Positions 1-11,468 of a stretch of DNA of 63,910 nt are shown piece after piece. The stretch is from Saprolegnia diclina VS20. Taxonomy: Eukaryota. Within the stretch, counting starts at the first letter, position 1, and every line of letters begins with the position of its first letter. Where the stretch lies: NCBI RefSeq assembly GCF_000281045.1, contig NW_008246070.1, positions 452,048-515,957 of the forward strand. The letters are read 5' to 3'. The notes below the pieces were generated by a model. The model ran no database searches, had not been told where the DNA came from, and worked only from the letters and a program-made list of their open reading frames with translations. Both the position numbers and the translations under genes were made by a program.

Positions 1-1
1 A

Positions 2-1147
2 CGGAATCTGGCGGCGCTCCTTGTCCTCGACGAGCAGATTCCGGACGTTGCCGTTGTGCTGGTACTCGGTGAGCATCTTGAGCTGCAGCAACGTCGTCCA
101 CGCAACGCCGACGAAGCGCACAATGTTCGGGTGGTCCAGCTTGGACATGAGCTTGATCTCGCACATAAAGGCTTCCATCGCCTCATGGTTGTTGACTTTC
201 TCGGGCAAGCACTTCTTGACCGCGACCTCTTCGCCCGCAAAGCGCCCGCGGTAGATGACGCCAAAGCCCCCGCGCGCGAGCACGTCAAAGAGCTCGACCT
301 CTTCGTTCGCGACGCGGAAGTTGCTCATCGACTTGTCGAAGCGGATGTCGTAGCCCTCGAGCTGGTTGACCTCGCCGCCGGTGACCACCGGACCCGTTGA
401 GCGCGAGTTTGAATTGCCCACGTCGATCGTCGAGTGGCGCTGCGTGCTCTTCTGCGACGAGCGCGTGTCGACCGATCCGCGGTAGCTCGTGTGCTGAGAC
501 TTGCCAGTGTACGGCTGCGAGCGCCGGTCCGTGTAGTACTCGGCCGGCGTCAAGGACGTCCGCGCATCTTCGAGCTCGGCAGCCTTCTTTTGACGGTACA
601 AGACGAACGCGACAAGGGCAACGGCGACGACAAAGACGCCGGCGCCCACAGCCGCGTACGTGATGATGTTGGACGAGTCGTCGGGCTTGTTGGGCGCAGG
701 TGTCTTCGTAGCTACGGACGGATCGCCAGATCCGGAACCAGACGACGTTGACGCATTGGGCGATCGGGTCGGCGCCTTGGTTGACGGCGTCGGGGTCGGC
801 GTCGAACCGCTGGGTGGCGTCTTTGTCGACGTTGTTGGCGTTGCACTCGATGGTGACGGCGCCGGTCCAGGCGCGTCCGTAACCGGTGCTGTCGTTGGCG
901 TTGGTGGTTCCGTTGTCGGGCCCGGCGGCGGTGTCGGCGTCTTTGTCGGTGGCGCCGTCGTCGGCGTCGGAGTTGGCGTCAATGTCGTCGGCGTCGGCGT
1001 CGGCGTGAGCGGCTTCGTGATGGGATCTGACGTCGGCGTCGTCGGCGAGGTAGGGACGTCCGTGACCTTGGATCCGTTCTGCAGGCGGAGGCCCGAGGCT
1101 GCCTGCAGCGCGAGGAGCAGCAGGACGACGGTTGCTCGTCGACGCAT
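2..1147 (-). CDS. Receptor-like protein kinase (TKL-type): signal peptide, Pro/Thr-rich mucin-like stalk, one TM helix, kinase N-lobe; runs off the left edge
   Basis: Absent from the ORF track because there is no stop in the window. Manual translation from ATG 1147 gives MRRRATVVLLLLALQAASG (signal peptide), PTPTPTT-rich stalk, YAAVGAGVFVVAVALVAFVLYRQKK (TM), then LARGGFGVIYRG, VAVKK, FMCEIKLMSKLDHPNIVRFVG (kinase subdomains I-V). Confidence 0.92.
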   Translation of the reverse strand, partial: MRRRATVVLLLLALQAASGLRLQNGSKVTDVPTSPTTPTSDPITKPLTPTPTPTTLTPTPTPTTAPPTKTPTPPPGPTTEPPTPTTAPVTDAPGPAPSPSSATPTTSTKTPPSGSTPTPTPSTKAPTRSPNASTSSGSGSGDPSVATKTPAPNKPDDSSNIITYAAVGAGVFVVAVALVAFVLYRQKKAAELEDARTSLTPAEYYTDRRSQPYTGKSQHTSYRGSVDTRSSQKSTQRHSTIDVGNSNSRSTGPVVTGGEVNQLEGYDIRFDKSMSNFRVANEEVELFDVLARGGFGVIYRGRFAGEEVAVKKCLPEKVNNHEAMEAFMCEIKLMSKLDHPNIVRFVGVAWTTLLQLKMLTEYQHNGNVRNLLVEDKERRQIP

Positions 1148-1605
1148 GCTGGTGGCTGGGAAAATAAGCTCGATGAGCGCCTGCCAAGAGCCCAGTTTCC
1201 GTCATTACGCAGTGTTACAAGCTCCCTTTTATTCGACGTCCACATGTTATCTTGCTGTTTGTATGTACATTCAAAAAAATACACGCGTTCTTCGAAGTTC
1301 GAAGGAATCAAAATGAGTAGAGGTCCGCCAAAAATTGAGTCTCAGGACAGGCCGGCAGTACTAGGTCGGCACGGTGGATGAAGCGACGACTGCGGCGCCG
1401 GCCGCGCCCACAGGGAGCCAATGGATCCTACTGCGCTGCCAGGCCGAGCCATCGCTAGGAATGTGCGGCTGCAAAGACCGCGCCGTTTGTACAGGTTACT
1501 GCTGATGTGAGCGACCAGCTGGCAGGATGCCACTGTGCCTGCGACCTGCGCAAAAGACGCAGGACCCACCACGTGGTACAGAGGATGGTTTGGCTCGAAC
1601 GCTTA

Positions 1606-3418
1606 TCAGGATGCCAACGACGCCTGCTGGACGCGCTCTTCGAGGGACGCGATGCGCGTTGCGATCTTTTGGCGGTTGACAGCGTTGGCCGTCACGCGGA
1701 GCTGATCGTGCGAGTAGCGCAGCGCCATGGCGTAGTCGGCGGCGGCCATGCACGCAAGCACGAGGTTGTTGAGGATCGTCTTCTCGCGCTTCCCGTCGCC
1801 GACCTGCCGCGTCAGCGCAAGACACTTTTCGTAGTAGAGCACCGCCTGCGTCGGCTGCTTCCGATCCAAGTGCACGGTGCCGAGGTTGCCGAGCGCCCGC
1901 GCCTCGACGTGCGTCGCGCCTACCGCCCATGTCTTAGTCGCCACGACTTCGACCCTGCTGCTTACCTGCATTTTTGGCAAAGAATTCGGCGCGCAAAAAA
2001 TACTCGATGGCCTCATGGAGGTTCGCCTGCTTGTAGAGACCCATGCCCATCTCGAGCTGTGCGATCGCCTGCGCCTCGGTGCTCTGCACCGGCGCGGAAG
2101 CCACGTCGCCAAACTGCCCATACGCGTTGGACGGTGCTGGCTCGACAGCGCTCGCTTGTGGCAGCGAGGCAAACTGTCCGTAGGTCGCCGGCGCCGGCGG
2201 AGGGTGCGCCACGTCCGTGAAGCGGCCATAGGCGCTCTGCGGCGGCGCGGCGGCAGAGAACCGCCCGTACGCGCCCGCCTCGGGCTCGGAGGGCAGCGCC
2301 GCAGCATCGAATCGTCCATAGGACGATGCAGGTAGCGGCTTTGGTGGTGTGAGCTGCGCGTTGCGCTCGGTTTCAACGTAGTTGAACTGTCCGTACGACG
2401 ACTTGATGTCGTCGCGGCCAAGGGAGCCGTAGCCATCGGCGAGCCGACTGAACGACCCGTAGTTGTCACCGACAGACTTGAAGGCGCCGTAGTCATTATC
2501 GGCCACGGACACCCGCACCGGCGGCTCGAGAAGACCATAGTCGCTGCTCGCCGCTACGTTGGGAGTCGTCGAAAAGAGGCAGCCCGAAGGCGGTGCGCGG
2601 TCACCAACGTCTTCGGTGCTGAACGAGGCGTAGTCGTTGTTGTCGTTGAGCGAGAGCCGGCCAAAGTCGAGCGTGCCCGCCTTGCGCGCGGCCTTGAGCT
2701 CGTCGTTGATCTGCGACGAGAGCTTGGACGCGTACTATTGAGTATGGACATGCTGGGTCACATGGGCGGAATGCGCAAATGGCTCGTGTGCGTACCGAGA
2801 CACGCAGGCGACCCGCGCTGCTATCGATGAAGGCAGCGATTGACTCGTACATGCGGCCCATCCCGCCGTCGAGCGGCCCGTACCCGCGCTAACGACATGG
2901 TATCAGACACCATTTCGGGCGACACGATGTACCGTCGGGTCGTGGACGAGCAAGACGTTCTTGATCTCGCGCTTTCCCGCATGCGGCGGCGCCGAGTGTA
3001 CCTTGACGTAGGCGAGTGTAAACTTCTCGGGCTGCGTCTCGCTGAAGCGCACGAGGAACGAGCCGTCGTCGCCGCCCCGGAGGATGGCCTCGGCGTCGGC
3101 GCGCGAGAGGACGCCGTGGAACCAGGGTGCAATACCGTCGTGGTACCGGCTCTGGAAGCACGTCACGGACTTGGTGATGCACGACCGGAACGGTCCGAAC
3201 CGGACGAGAAAGTGCTCCCAGTCCCGCGCCGTCAGCGTCGGTCGCATCTCGAGGCAGACGCGCAGGTAGATTCGCATCTCTTGCGGCGACATGGCCGACG
3301 GCAGAGACACGTCAATGCACTCGAGGAGACGGTCTAGGACGCGGTCGGTCGGCGCGGTCGGTGCGGCGCCAACGGTCGCCCGCCACCACGCGACCCCGTC
3401 CTGGCACGCGGCTTGCAT
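1606..3418 (-). CDS. SH2 domain + tyrosine-motif repeat region + TPR repeats (about 5 exons)
   Basis: PWFHGVLSRADAEAILRGGDDGSFLVRFSE is a clear SH2 signature (WFHG, FLVRxSE). GT-AG introns join it in frame to a Y-[GA]-x-[FL] repeat region and TPR helices (ARALGNLGTVHLDRKQPTQAVLYYEKCLAL; KTILNNLVLACMAAADYAMALRY). Confidence 0.88.
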
Positions 3419-4408
3419 CTTGACGGCTAGACAGTACCGAAGTTCGAAGCTCAGTATTTATAGCACAGGCTAAAGGCACGCAACGTTGGCCTGTCTACTC
3501 CACACGCGGGGCAATGACGTGGCGCACGCGCACGCAGTCGACGGCTTGGTGCGGTTCTGCAATGTCACTGCCTGCGGTCTTGGTAGGTCGACGTAGACAA
3601 GGACGAGCTGCAATACGAGTGCCACTACGGCTTCAACATTGGGTGGGATTAGCTTCGAAGTTCGCAAATTTAATGCCACAACGCCACGAGACGGCCACAC
3701 CCACAGTGAAGCGCTTGCGCGAGCTAACCACAGGCAAGGGTATTGACCCTTGCCACAGGTTTCACCAGCTCCGAAGTGGCGCATGGCGTCGTCGTTGGCG
3801 TCTGGCACACGGGGCTTATCAAGCCGAGTTACGTCGCAACTGCCTAGCGAAATTTCGCCAACGCGTTGCGTTCAAGCGCGTCGTGCAGCAGTGGGCACAC
3901 AGCGCACTGCGGTCCGCTCTCTTCGTCGCAGCAAACTACATCTCGTTTACGGTCGCGCAAGACGCAGATCGACTACCGCCAGGATCGTGCTGACCTATTT
4001 GCTTTTGCGTCTTCCCCGACAGCGTTGCTGGACGAGACCGTGCTGCGGTGCGTGGCGCTGGCTGCCAGCACCTCGTGGGCGACGGCCATCGCAGCGTGTG
4101 CGTGAGCAGCGTCATGTGGCTTATCGCAGCCTACATGGCGCGCCACCTCCGCGTCCACGTACGATGGCTTTTCCGCATCCCTGGCATTGCGCTTGAGGAC
4201 TGGTGCTGGAGCCTCTCTGGTGCATCCTTGCGCAGCTCAGCACGGGCGCGACCAAGCGAAGCGTGTTTCGATCGACACGCTGCCAGGCTACACGCTCGAA
4301 TACTGTTGGTAATTGGCGTAAAAACCACTTCAAGTTGGAGAGGCGAGGGGTTCCCACCTGGCTTGGCACTTTCGCATTAGCCGGCCGCCGACCACTGCCC
4401 TCAGCATC

Positions 4409-5626
4409 ATGGTACGCATCCTCGCAGCGAGCTTGGCTCATCTCACGGCCGTCGTCTTCGCCGCCGGGAACGCGACTCGTGGTGTGTGCTACGATACGTA
4501 CGGCATCGACCACATCGACCAGCACTTTGCGACGATCAAGGAGCGCTTCACGGCCGTGCGCACCTTCCAGTCCATCGCCAAGGGCGTCAACGTCATCGAC
4601 GCTGCGGCCAAGGCCGGGCTCCAGATCGCGGCCGGGGTCTGGATCCGAGGCAACTACACGGCCGACCTGCAAGCCGCGATCGACGGCGCGCGTCGCCACC
4701 CGGACGCGGTCCACGCGATCTTCATGGGCAACGAAGACCTCTTCCAGAATGCCATGTCGGTCGAGACCGTTGTGGCCAAGGTGCACGAGGCCAAGGATCG
4801 TCTGCGCCAGGCAGGCCTCGCCCACATCAAGGTCGGGTCGGTGCAGATGGACGGGGACTGGCTCCGTGCGCCGGCGCTGGTTGCGGCCTGTGACGTCGTG
4901 GGCGTCAACATCTACGCCTTCTTTGGCGGCGCGTCCATCTCGTGGACCAACCCGGTCATGGACCTCGACGCCCGCTGGCAGAATCTTGTCCGCTTGTACG
5001 GTCCGGATAAGCTCACTATCACCGAAACGGGCTGGCCCCACGCCGGCGGCAACAACGGCGCCCACATCTCAAGCCGCGAAAATGCGGTCGCGTACTATCA
5101 GTCCTTTGTGCAGTGGACGGAGCGCGGCAACGGCGGCGGCCTGCCCTACTACTTCATGTTCCACGACAACCCGAGCAAAGGCGGGTTCGAAGCCAACTTT
5201 GGGCTCGCGGGCGTCGACGGGCGCTGGAAGTTTGACCTCGGCGCGCCGTTTACGGGGCCCCGTACTTTCTCGATCGTGTCGAGCCAAGGTCTTAGCGTCG
5301 GCGCGCTCCACGGCGGGCTCCGTGCGCACCACGCAGCATCACCGATCTCGGCCGACGACCTCTGGCAGCTCGGCGGCGACGCCCTCGTCAACCAAGGTGG
5401 CCAGCAACCTTGTCTGGACGTGTCGCGCCATGATAACAACCAACTGACTATCGCTCTGCACCCGTGCAGCGCCAACAACACCAACCAAATGTGGCGCCAA
5501 GAGCCGTCGCGACTAGTGCATGCCACGTACAGCGTCTGCCTCGATGTCGACCCAACCCAAGGCAACAAGGTGCAGGTCTTTGCCTGCGTGGACGACGCAC
5601 CCAACCAGCGCTTCTCATTTGTCTAA
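4409..5626 (+). CDS. Secreted GH17 beta-1,3-glucanase/glucanosyltransferase with C-terminal ricin-B (CBM13) domain
   Basis: Signal peptide; GH17 motifs AVRTF, IFMGNE (acid/base Glu), VGVNIYAFF, ITETGWP (nucleophile Glu), EANFGL; ricin-type CLDV and NQMW/NQRF repeats. Intronless. Confidence 0.92.
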   Translation: MVRILAASLAHLTAVVFAAGNATRGVCYDTYGIDHIDQHFATIKERFTAVRTFQSIAKGVNVIDAAAKAGLQIAAGVWIRGNYTADLQAAIDGARRHPDAVHAIFMGNEDLFQNAMSVETVVAKVHEAKDRLRQAGLAHIKVGSVQMDGDWLRAPALVAACDVVGVNIYAFFGGASISWTNPVMDLDARWQNLVRLYGPDKLTITETGWPHAGGNNGAHISSRENAVAYYQSFVQWTERGNGGGLPYYFMFHDNPSKGGFEANFGLAGVDGRWKFDLGAPFTGPRTFSIVSSQGLSVGALHGGLRAHHAASPISADDLWQLGGDALVNQGGQQPCLDVSRHDNNQLTIALHPCSANNTNQMWRQEPSRLVHATYSVCLDVDPTQGNKVQVFACVDDAPNQRFSFV

Positions 5627-5645
5627 GCATCATAACAAAGTAGAG

Positions 5646-8202
5646 CTAGTCATCGTTCTTGTACTCGTCCTCGTCGTTCTCATCCTTGGCGTCCGTGGCG
5701 TCGTCCGCAGCTGACGTCTCGAGGCCCGCAACGAGGTCTTCTTCGTCCTCGGTGAAGACACCCTTGAACGCGCCCAAATTCTTTCCAAAAACGTTGGCCA
5801 CCACGGCTTGCAGAGCCTTGCGCTAAGTGTACTCGTGAGCGACGGCCAAGGTGAGGCCGCTGTACCTTGTGCTCTTCCTTCTTCTTGTCGATAGCAAAGC
5901 GCTCCATGAGCGACGGGCGCGCGGCGGCAGCTGCAAGAATCCGCTCGCGGTTGCGCTTGAGAGATTCTTGGTACGCCTTGCGGTCATCTTCGGCCTTGGC
6001 TTTGGCCGCGGCTTCCGGGTCCTCCTACAGACAGCGTGTTGCATGCATGAACGAGACATTCGCAGTACGACGTAGTTGCCCTTCTCTTCCTTCCGCTTGC
6101 GTTCGCTATCAGAGACCTCAGCAATCACTTGCTTGGCAATGTTCTTGAGCTTCTCTTTTTTCGCCACGAGTGCCTCCTCCTGCAGCGTGCCACGTCAGAG
6201 GAACATCCGGATACGAGCCGAATAAAGCAATCGACCTGGCTCTTGTCGACTTGACGACGCGCCTTCAATTTGGCTTGAATCGCTTCGGTGCGCAGCTTGT
6301 GGGACGCCGTCATCGAGACTTTGGTGCTGGCCTTGGCAGCTTCCATGGCCGCCTCCAACCGCTGCCGCCGCTCCGCTTCCACAGCTTCCTTCTATTATGC
6401 GCCTAAGCATCAACGTTGATGGACGAGTGTACCTCAGCGCGCTCGGCCGCAGTGAGGCGCTCGATGCGCGCTTGCTTCTTTTGCGCCATCTTGGCTGTCT
6501 TCTCGGGGCGCGTGATCGAAAACTCGTCCACTTGTGTCGTCGTGCGCCGGCTCTTGGCGCGCTGCAGCGACGCCTTCCACTGCGTTTGCATTGCTTGAAA
6601 GTCGGGTACGGGCTGCGCCTTGATGCGCACATGAGCTTCAGGTGCTGCGCGCGATTTCCTCGGCTTGGCCTGCGCGAGCCGGGGCGGTAATTGGCTTTGC
6701 GCAAGCAGCGCGGCGGCGCGTTCGGCAACGCGCTTCTGCCGTGCGAGCTCGGCCACGTCACCGTCGGTCGGCTCAAACACGGGGGGATCACGCGCCTTGA
6801 AAGGCTGATACTCGCGGCTTGCTGCCTCCTGTACCTTTTGAAGGCGCTGGTGCTTGCGTTCGCGCGTCTTGGCCTCGTTCTCGAGCAACCCTAGTTGCGC
6901 CTAAGCGTTCTGGTTCGTTCGACACGGTCGTGTACCGGTAAACGGCGTTGCGCGCTTGGCACGCTCGAGCTTGGCGCGCGCGTCGGCGGCACGTGCGGCC
7001 TCTTCCTCTTGCGCTCGCTCCTTCCTGCCACAAGTTTGTTGATGAGTACTCGCTCGTACATTGCTGCGTGTCGTACGCTTCAAAATACGAGCCGTGTCGC
7101 TTCCGGTTGGAAGTTGCAGTCGCCTCCGACAAGAACGAAGAGTGCACGCCTACATACGTTCGGTGATCGATGATTACTACGCACCAGGATCGTACTCGAA
7201 ATGCGGGTCGCCCACGTGCTCGGCGGAGCATCATCGTCCGACGCAGGGTTGGCTGTGTGGCGTTCTCGGCGCTGGGTGGTAACGGCACTTGTCGGACTTG
7301 TGCACGGCTACGCAGGGTTTGGTATATTAAGAGTTCAAACTGCAGGTAAGCATGTACATACCTCCGGCTCTTCGACAATGTCATCGAACCCAGGCGGTTC
7401 GTCTTCGATTGAGCTCGCGGTTCGCGGTCCTGCTACGTTAAACTCGGGTGGCGCCGACTCGTCGCCGTGGATGTCGTTGAAGAACGACTCGCCTGCGTCG
7501 ATGACAAGGTCGCGCTTCTTGGTCACGTTTGGCCGCGAGGATTGAGGCGTCGGGTGCACTTTGGCCGGCTGCTCCCACAAGAGCGCTTCCAGTTGTTTGG
7601 CTTTGGCCTCGGCGGCGTTCTTCTCTTGGATGAGGCGCTCGACCACCGCCAAGTCTCGCTCCTGAGCCTACGATCCCATACTATGAGTACACAATGGTGA
7701 TGCGCGGTGCTACAGCTTTGAAGGCGGAGATCTTTTTCATGAGAGCTGCGGTTGGCGACGCACGCTTGTCAATGTCGCGCTTCATTTGCTCGATAGGGCT
7801 CTCGACAGTCGACGCTTGGTTTGTCGGTGGCCGTGCCGGCGGCGGTGCGCGCTTCACTGGTCGCCGGTGGCCCGTCCCCTGCGTACAACATTGCCGCGGG
7901 CTCACACGTGCGTAGTCCAACGTACATGGACCTCTAATGCAGCTTCAAAAGCTGTTTTCGTGCCGGCGCCTTTGGTCTTGGATCGTTTTGCCTTGAGCTC
8001 GCGAATGATTCGGGCCCGGTCCTCTTCCTAATAGCTCGTCGTCATATAGAAAGACCCTTGGCAACGGTACGTCTTTGGTCGTCGCGTCGGCGTCCATGTA
8101 GCGGTAGTGAGTCGAGACCGCGTCAAAGTGGCGAGCCAGAGGAACCGTGGTTCGCGACTGCAGCGCCGCGCTTTGGACCATCACCTTGGTGCTCGCGTCC
8201 AT
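5646..8202 (-). CDS. Multi-exon coiled-coil protein, FAM161/UPF0564-like (centriole/cilium microtubule-binding)
   Basis: Exons encode PFKARDPP, SQLPPRL and IKAQPVPDFQAMQTQWKASL..TTTQVDEFSI, which resemble FAM161 motifs. Acidic C-terminus ends DEDEYKNDD* at 5646. The 5' exon structure is uncertain. Confidence 0.55.
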
Positions 8203-8600
8203 TTGGCTATAAATACCGCTGATGTCAGCGTGAACTATGAGAAGCTAGTCGATTAAAGAGACCTGGAATGTTACGTGATTTCCTTTCTACATAAAATTCC
8301 ACTCGACCACTCTGCACTTACCGAGTGCGTCCCTTCAGTAGGGCTCTCGGTTCTCATGTCTGCGGTAGGACTGATTTTCTGATTGGGTCACAGAGCTCCT
8401 CGCTTGGCGTCTTCCATCCCACCGCTCCAAGCCCTCAGCACATGTAGCTGGTCGCGCCGAAGTGTCTCCACCAAGCTACTCGTGGTTATTACCAAGCGCC
8501 GTCTGCTTCAAGAAGCGCCTTCGCTTCTGTCCACAGACTCAACTGCAGCACGTTGCGTGGCCGCTGCCACGTGTATCCGGATGCCCATCATAAACTGCAG

Positions 8601-8613
8601 CCAATCACAGCGC
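8601..8613 (+). promoter_or_regulatory. Extended CCAAT box (CCAATCACAGCGC) between the divergent FAM161-like and cystathionine gamma-synthase genes
   Basis: The same 13-mer recurs at 13901 upstream of SerRS and a near copy occurs at 14276. Confidence 0.55.
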
Positions 8614-8808
8614 CGAGCGCACCCAGCTCGAACATCGTCCAATCTAATGTACAAGTCGTACATTCTCAATACTGACAACAAGTTTAATGTCGTGTACTGT
8701 ACGTACGAGAAGAAGCCAAGCGGGCTGCAAGATTATTCGGGTTGAAGGCACCCACGGAGATCGGTTTTTGGGAGAGACCGATTGCGAAATCAAATTTGAT
8801 CTCGACCC

Positions 8809-10417
8809 ATGGCGGTGGTTCCTGCGTGCTTGAACGCGGCCCTCGGCGAGCCGCTGCCCGACGACGTCCACGCGGTCTCGGTCTCGATGCCCAAGTGGAG
8901 CCACGTCGAGCGCTACGAGCAGGGCTGCCCGGAGCTCCACGCGTCGCTGCGCAGCGGGTACCCACGCTTCGTCTACCATGGGTACGTCAAGGATCTCAAT
9001 GGCTGGTGCACAAGCAAGTACGCCATTGACGACGAGTCGCAGACGGCCCGCGTCCTGCCCACGCAGGCTGTCGCCAAGCGCTGCGAGGCCTTTCTCCACC
9101 GCAGCTTCCCGGACGCGGCCATCGACATCATTCCACTGCACGCATGCGACGCCCACGCCGTCGTGCTCCCTACGATCGCAGCCGCTTGCTTCAAGGCCTT
9201 TTGGCAACACAGCGGCGAGATCACGTCGTCGCGCCTCGCCGAGCACGTCTTGGACGCTGCGTCAAAGGGCACGCCGTCGGCATCACGTATGGACAACACG
9301 CCGACGCATGCGTTGCTGCGTAATCGCATCGGCAGCCTCTACGACGTCCCGAGCGACCACGTCAACCTGTACCCCTCCGGCATGGCGTCCATCTTCGCCG
9401 CTTTCCGACTCGTCCAAACCCTCCGCGGCCATCTGCCCGGCAAAACCGTCCTCGTCGGGTTCCCGTACCTCGATACACTCAAAATGCTCCGGCGAACGGA
9501 GTGGAGCGCGGGCGACGTCCTCTTCTTTCCGCGCGGCGACGCGGCCGACCTCGACGCCATCGACGCCATCGACCACGTGCATGCGATCTTCACCGAGTTC
9601 CCGAGCAACCCGCTTCTCCATAGCACCGACTTGCCGCGCCTCGCCGCCATTGCCCACCGCCACAACACGGTGCTCGTTGTCGACGACACGGTCGGCTCGT
9701 ACAACGTCAACGTATTCCTTTCGATGCAAATCGTATGTGCTAAAGTCCGCTTAGGTGCTGCGCGAGACGAACGGACACGCGGCGGACCTCGTCGCGACGA
9801 GCTTGACCAAGATCTTTAGCGGCACGGGCACGGTCATGGGCGGGTCCCTCGTCGTCAACCCGTCGTCGCCGCTTCTCAGCACGCTCCTTCAAGCGCTGCA
9901 TAACGATAGCTTCCTCTACGAAGACGACGCGGCCGCGCTGCTTCGCGACTCGGACGACCTCGAAACGCGCCTCACGCGTGTGAATGCAACCGCCGCCACC
10001 ATTGCGTCGCGGCTCGAGGCGCACCCAAAGGTCGAGCGTATCTTTTACCCAAAGTACGTCGACACGGCGGCGTACGAGCACTTCAACTTGGCTGCGGCAG
10101 CAACCGACGCGCACGGCCCGCTCCTCTCGGTCGTGCTCCACGGAGGCCAAGCGGCCGCCAAGGTACACGGTGTCATGCATGCATGTAGAGGTCTCATAGC
10201 CGGGTAGGCGTTCTACGACGCGCTGACGTTTGCGAAAGGGCCGAGCTTGGGCACCAACTTTACGCTCTCGTGCCCGTACACGCTCCTAGCGCACTACGAT
10301 GAGCTCGACTACGTCGAGTCATGCGGCGTGCCCCGCGACCTCATCCGCATCTCGATCGGCCTCGAGGCCATGGACGAGATTTGGGCCATTCTAGACGCTG
10401 CCTTTGCATGTTGTTAA
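8809..10417 (+). CDS. Cystathionine gamma-synthase (fungal Str2-like, PLP-dependent), 3 exons
   Basis: HAVSVSMPKW, SGYPRF, FWQHSGE, YPSGMASI, GFPYLDT, EFPSNPLL, VVDDT, SLTKIFSG (PLP lysine), KGPSLGTNFTL, LIRISIGLE. Confidence 0.9.
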
Positions 10418-10568
10418 CCAAATCCCATGCGTGTATGTATTTCAACCAACACGAGAGGTCCGCTTGGAGGCGTGGAGCTAGAACACGCAAAGTACGAGCC
10501 CGGGAGATCTCGCGGTCGCATTAGCATCGGCCGCTTACCCCGCACTATCTATCTGAGGTTGTGTTTGT

Positions 10569-10817
10569 CTATTTCAAGTGCTTGAAGATCTGCGGCGCAG
10601 CGCACTTGTCGACGCACTTCAACAGGTCAAAGTACTGGCCGTCGCAGCCGCCCTTGCCGGCGACGCGGTCCAGGCACGCGTTGTACTCCTTGACGACCGG
10701 CGCGCACTTGGACTCGCAGCCCTTGCGGATTTCCGGGTAGATGTCAACGGGATCTTCGCCAGCCTACTCAAGCAGCATGAGCATCTCGGTCCGTCGACCT
10801 CGTCCGTCGTCTACCAT
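10569..10817 (-). CDS. QCR6: Cytochrome b-c1 complex subunit 6 (hinge protein); first coding exon is only the ATG
   Basis: ATG (10817-10815), intron 10814-10764, then AGEDPVDIYPEIRKGCESKCAPVVKEYNACLDRVAGKGGCDGQYFDLLKCVDKCAAPQIFKHLK*. Twin CX9C motifs and the hinge C-terminus are present. Missed by the ORF track. Confidence 0.9.
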
Positions 10818-11468
10818 GGTGCTTGTCGTCTTCGTTTCCAGCCAAACAAAAAATGCAACCAGTCAGTGGGGCCGGCCCACTTAAGTGCGCCTCGCTCCCA
10901 CTCGAGGTTTGTATACGCTAATCGCACGCAACCTTCTGCCCGGACACACAAAAACGCACGCCTCGAAATAGCCGCCGCCGGCCCACGACGCCTCGCTAGC
11001 TCCATGGCTCCCAACGTCGTGCCACTACGTGTAGCGATCTTAGCCACGTCTTAGTCCCGCCAGTTCTTGGTGGGCGCGGTCCCCTCCTACACGTTTGCTA
11101 CTCGTAGTACTAGTATGCTTGCAGTGCTGTTGCCGTCAAGGGCAAATGCAGTTCCCGCCTTTTCAGCGCCTTCAACTCGGTCCGTGGTCACGCGATATTG
11201 CGTCGGTGGAGATACGTCGTGCGCGCTGGCCGTCGTACTGCACTTACATCTACCGACCGCTCGGCGGAGAGGGCGGGCCCGCAAAGGCTTCGTCGGGCTT
11301 CGCTGCGGCCGGCCCGATTTGGCGGGCCATCTGGGTGCAACTAGCCGGCGCCGAAAAAACCTGTGACTTTGCATCTCGCACTTGCCTCGGGGTGCAAATA
11401 TCGAGTGTGAGAGGTTTGGGTTTGCGGTGGCGACGGGTGGCATTGTCCTCTTGACTGGTCGGGAAAAG

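Noticed and set aside
760..1060. gtcggc/ccgacg short tandem repeats as a satellite or CRISPR-like array
   Set aside because: They are Pro-Thr codons of the kinase stalk, with no repeat-spacer structure.
3500..4330. Possible small spliced + strand gene between the SH2 gene and GH17
   Set aside because: Some splice-like signals are present, but I could not build a coherent frame or recognise a domain.
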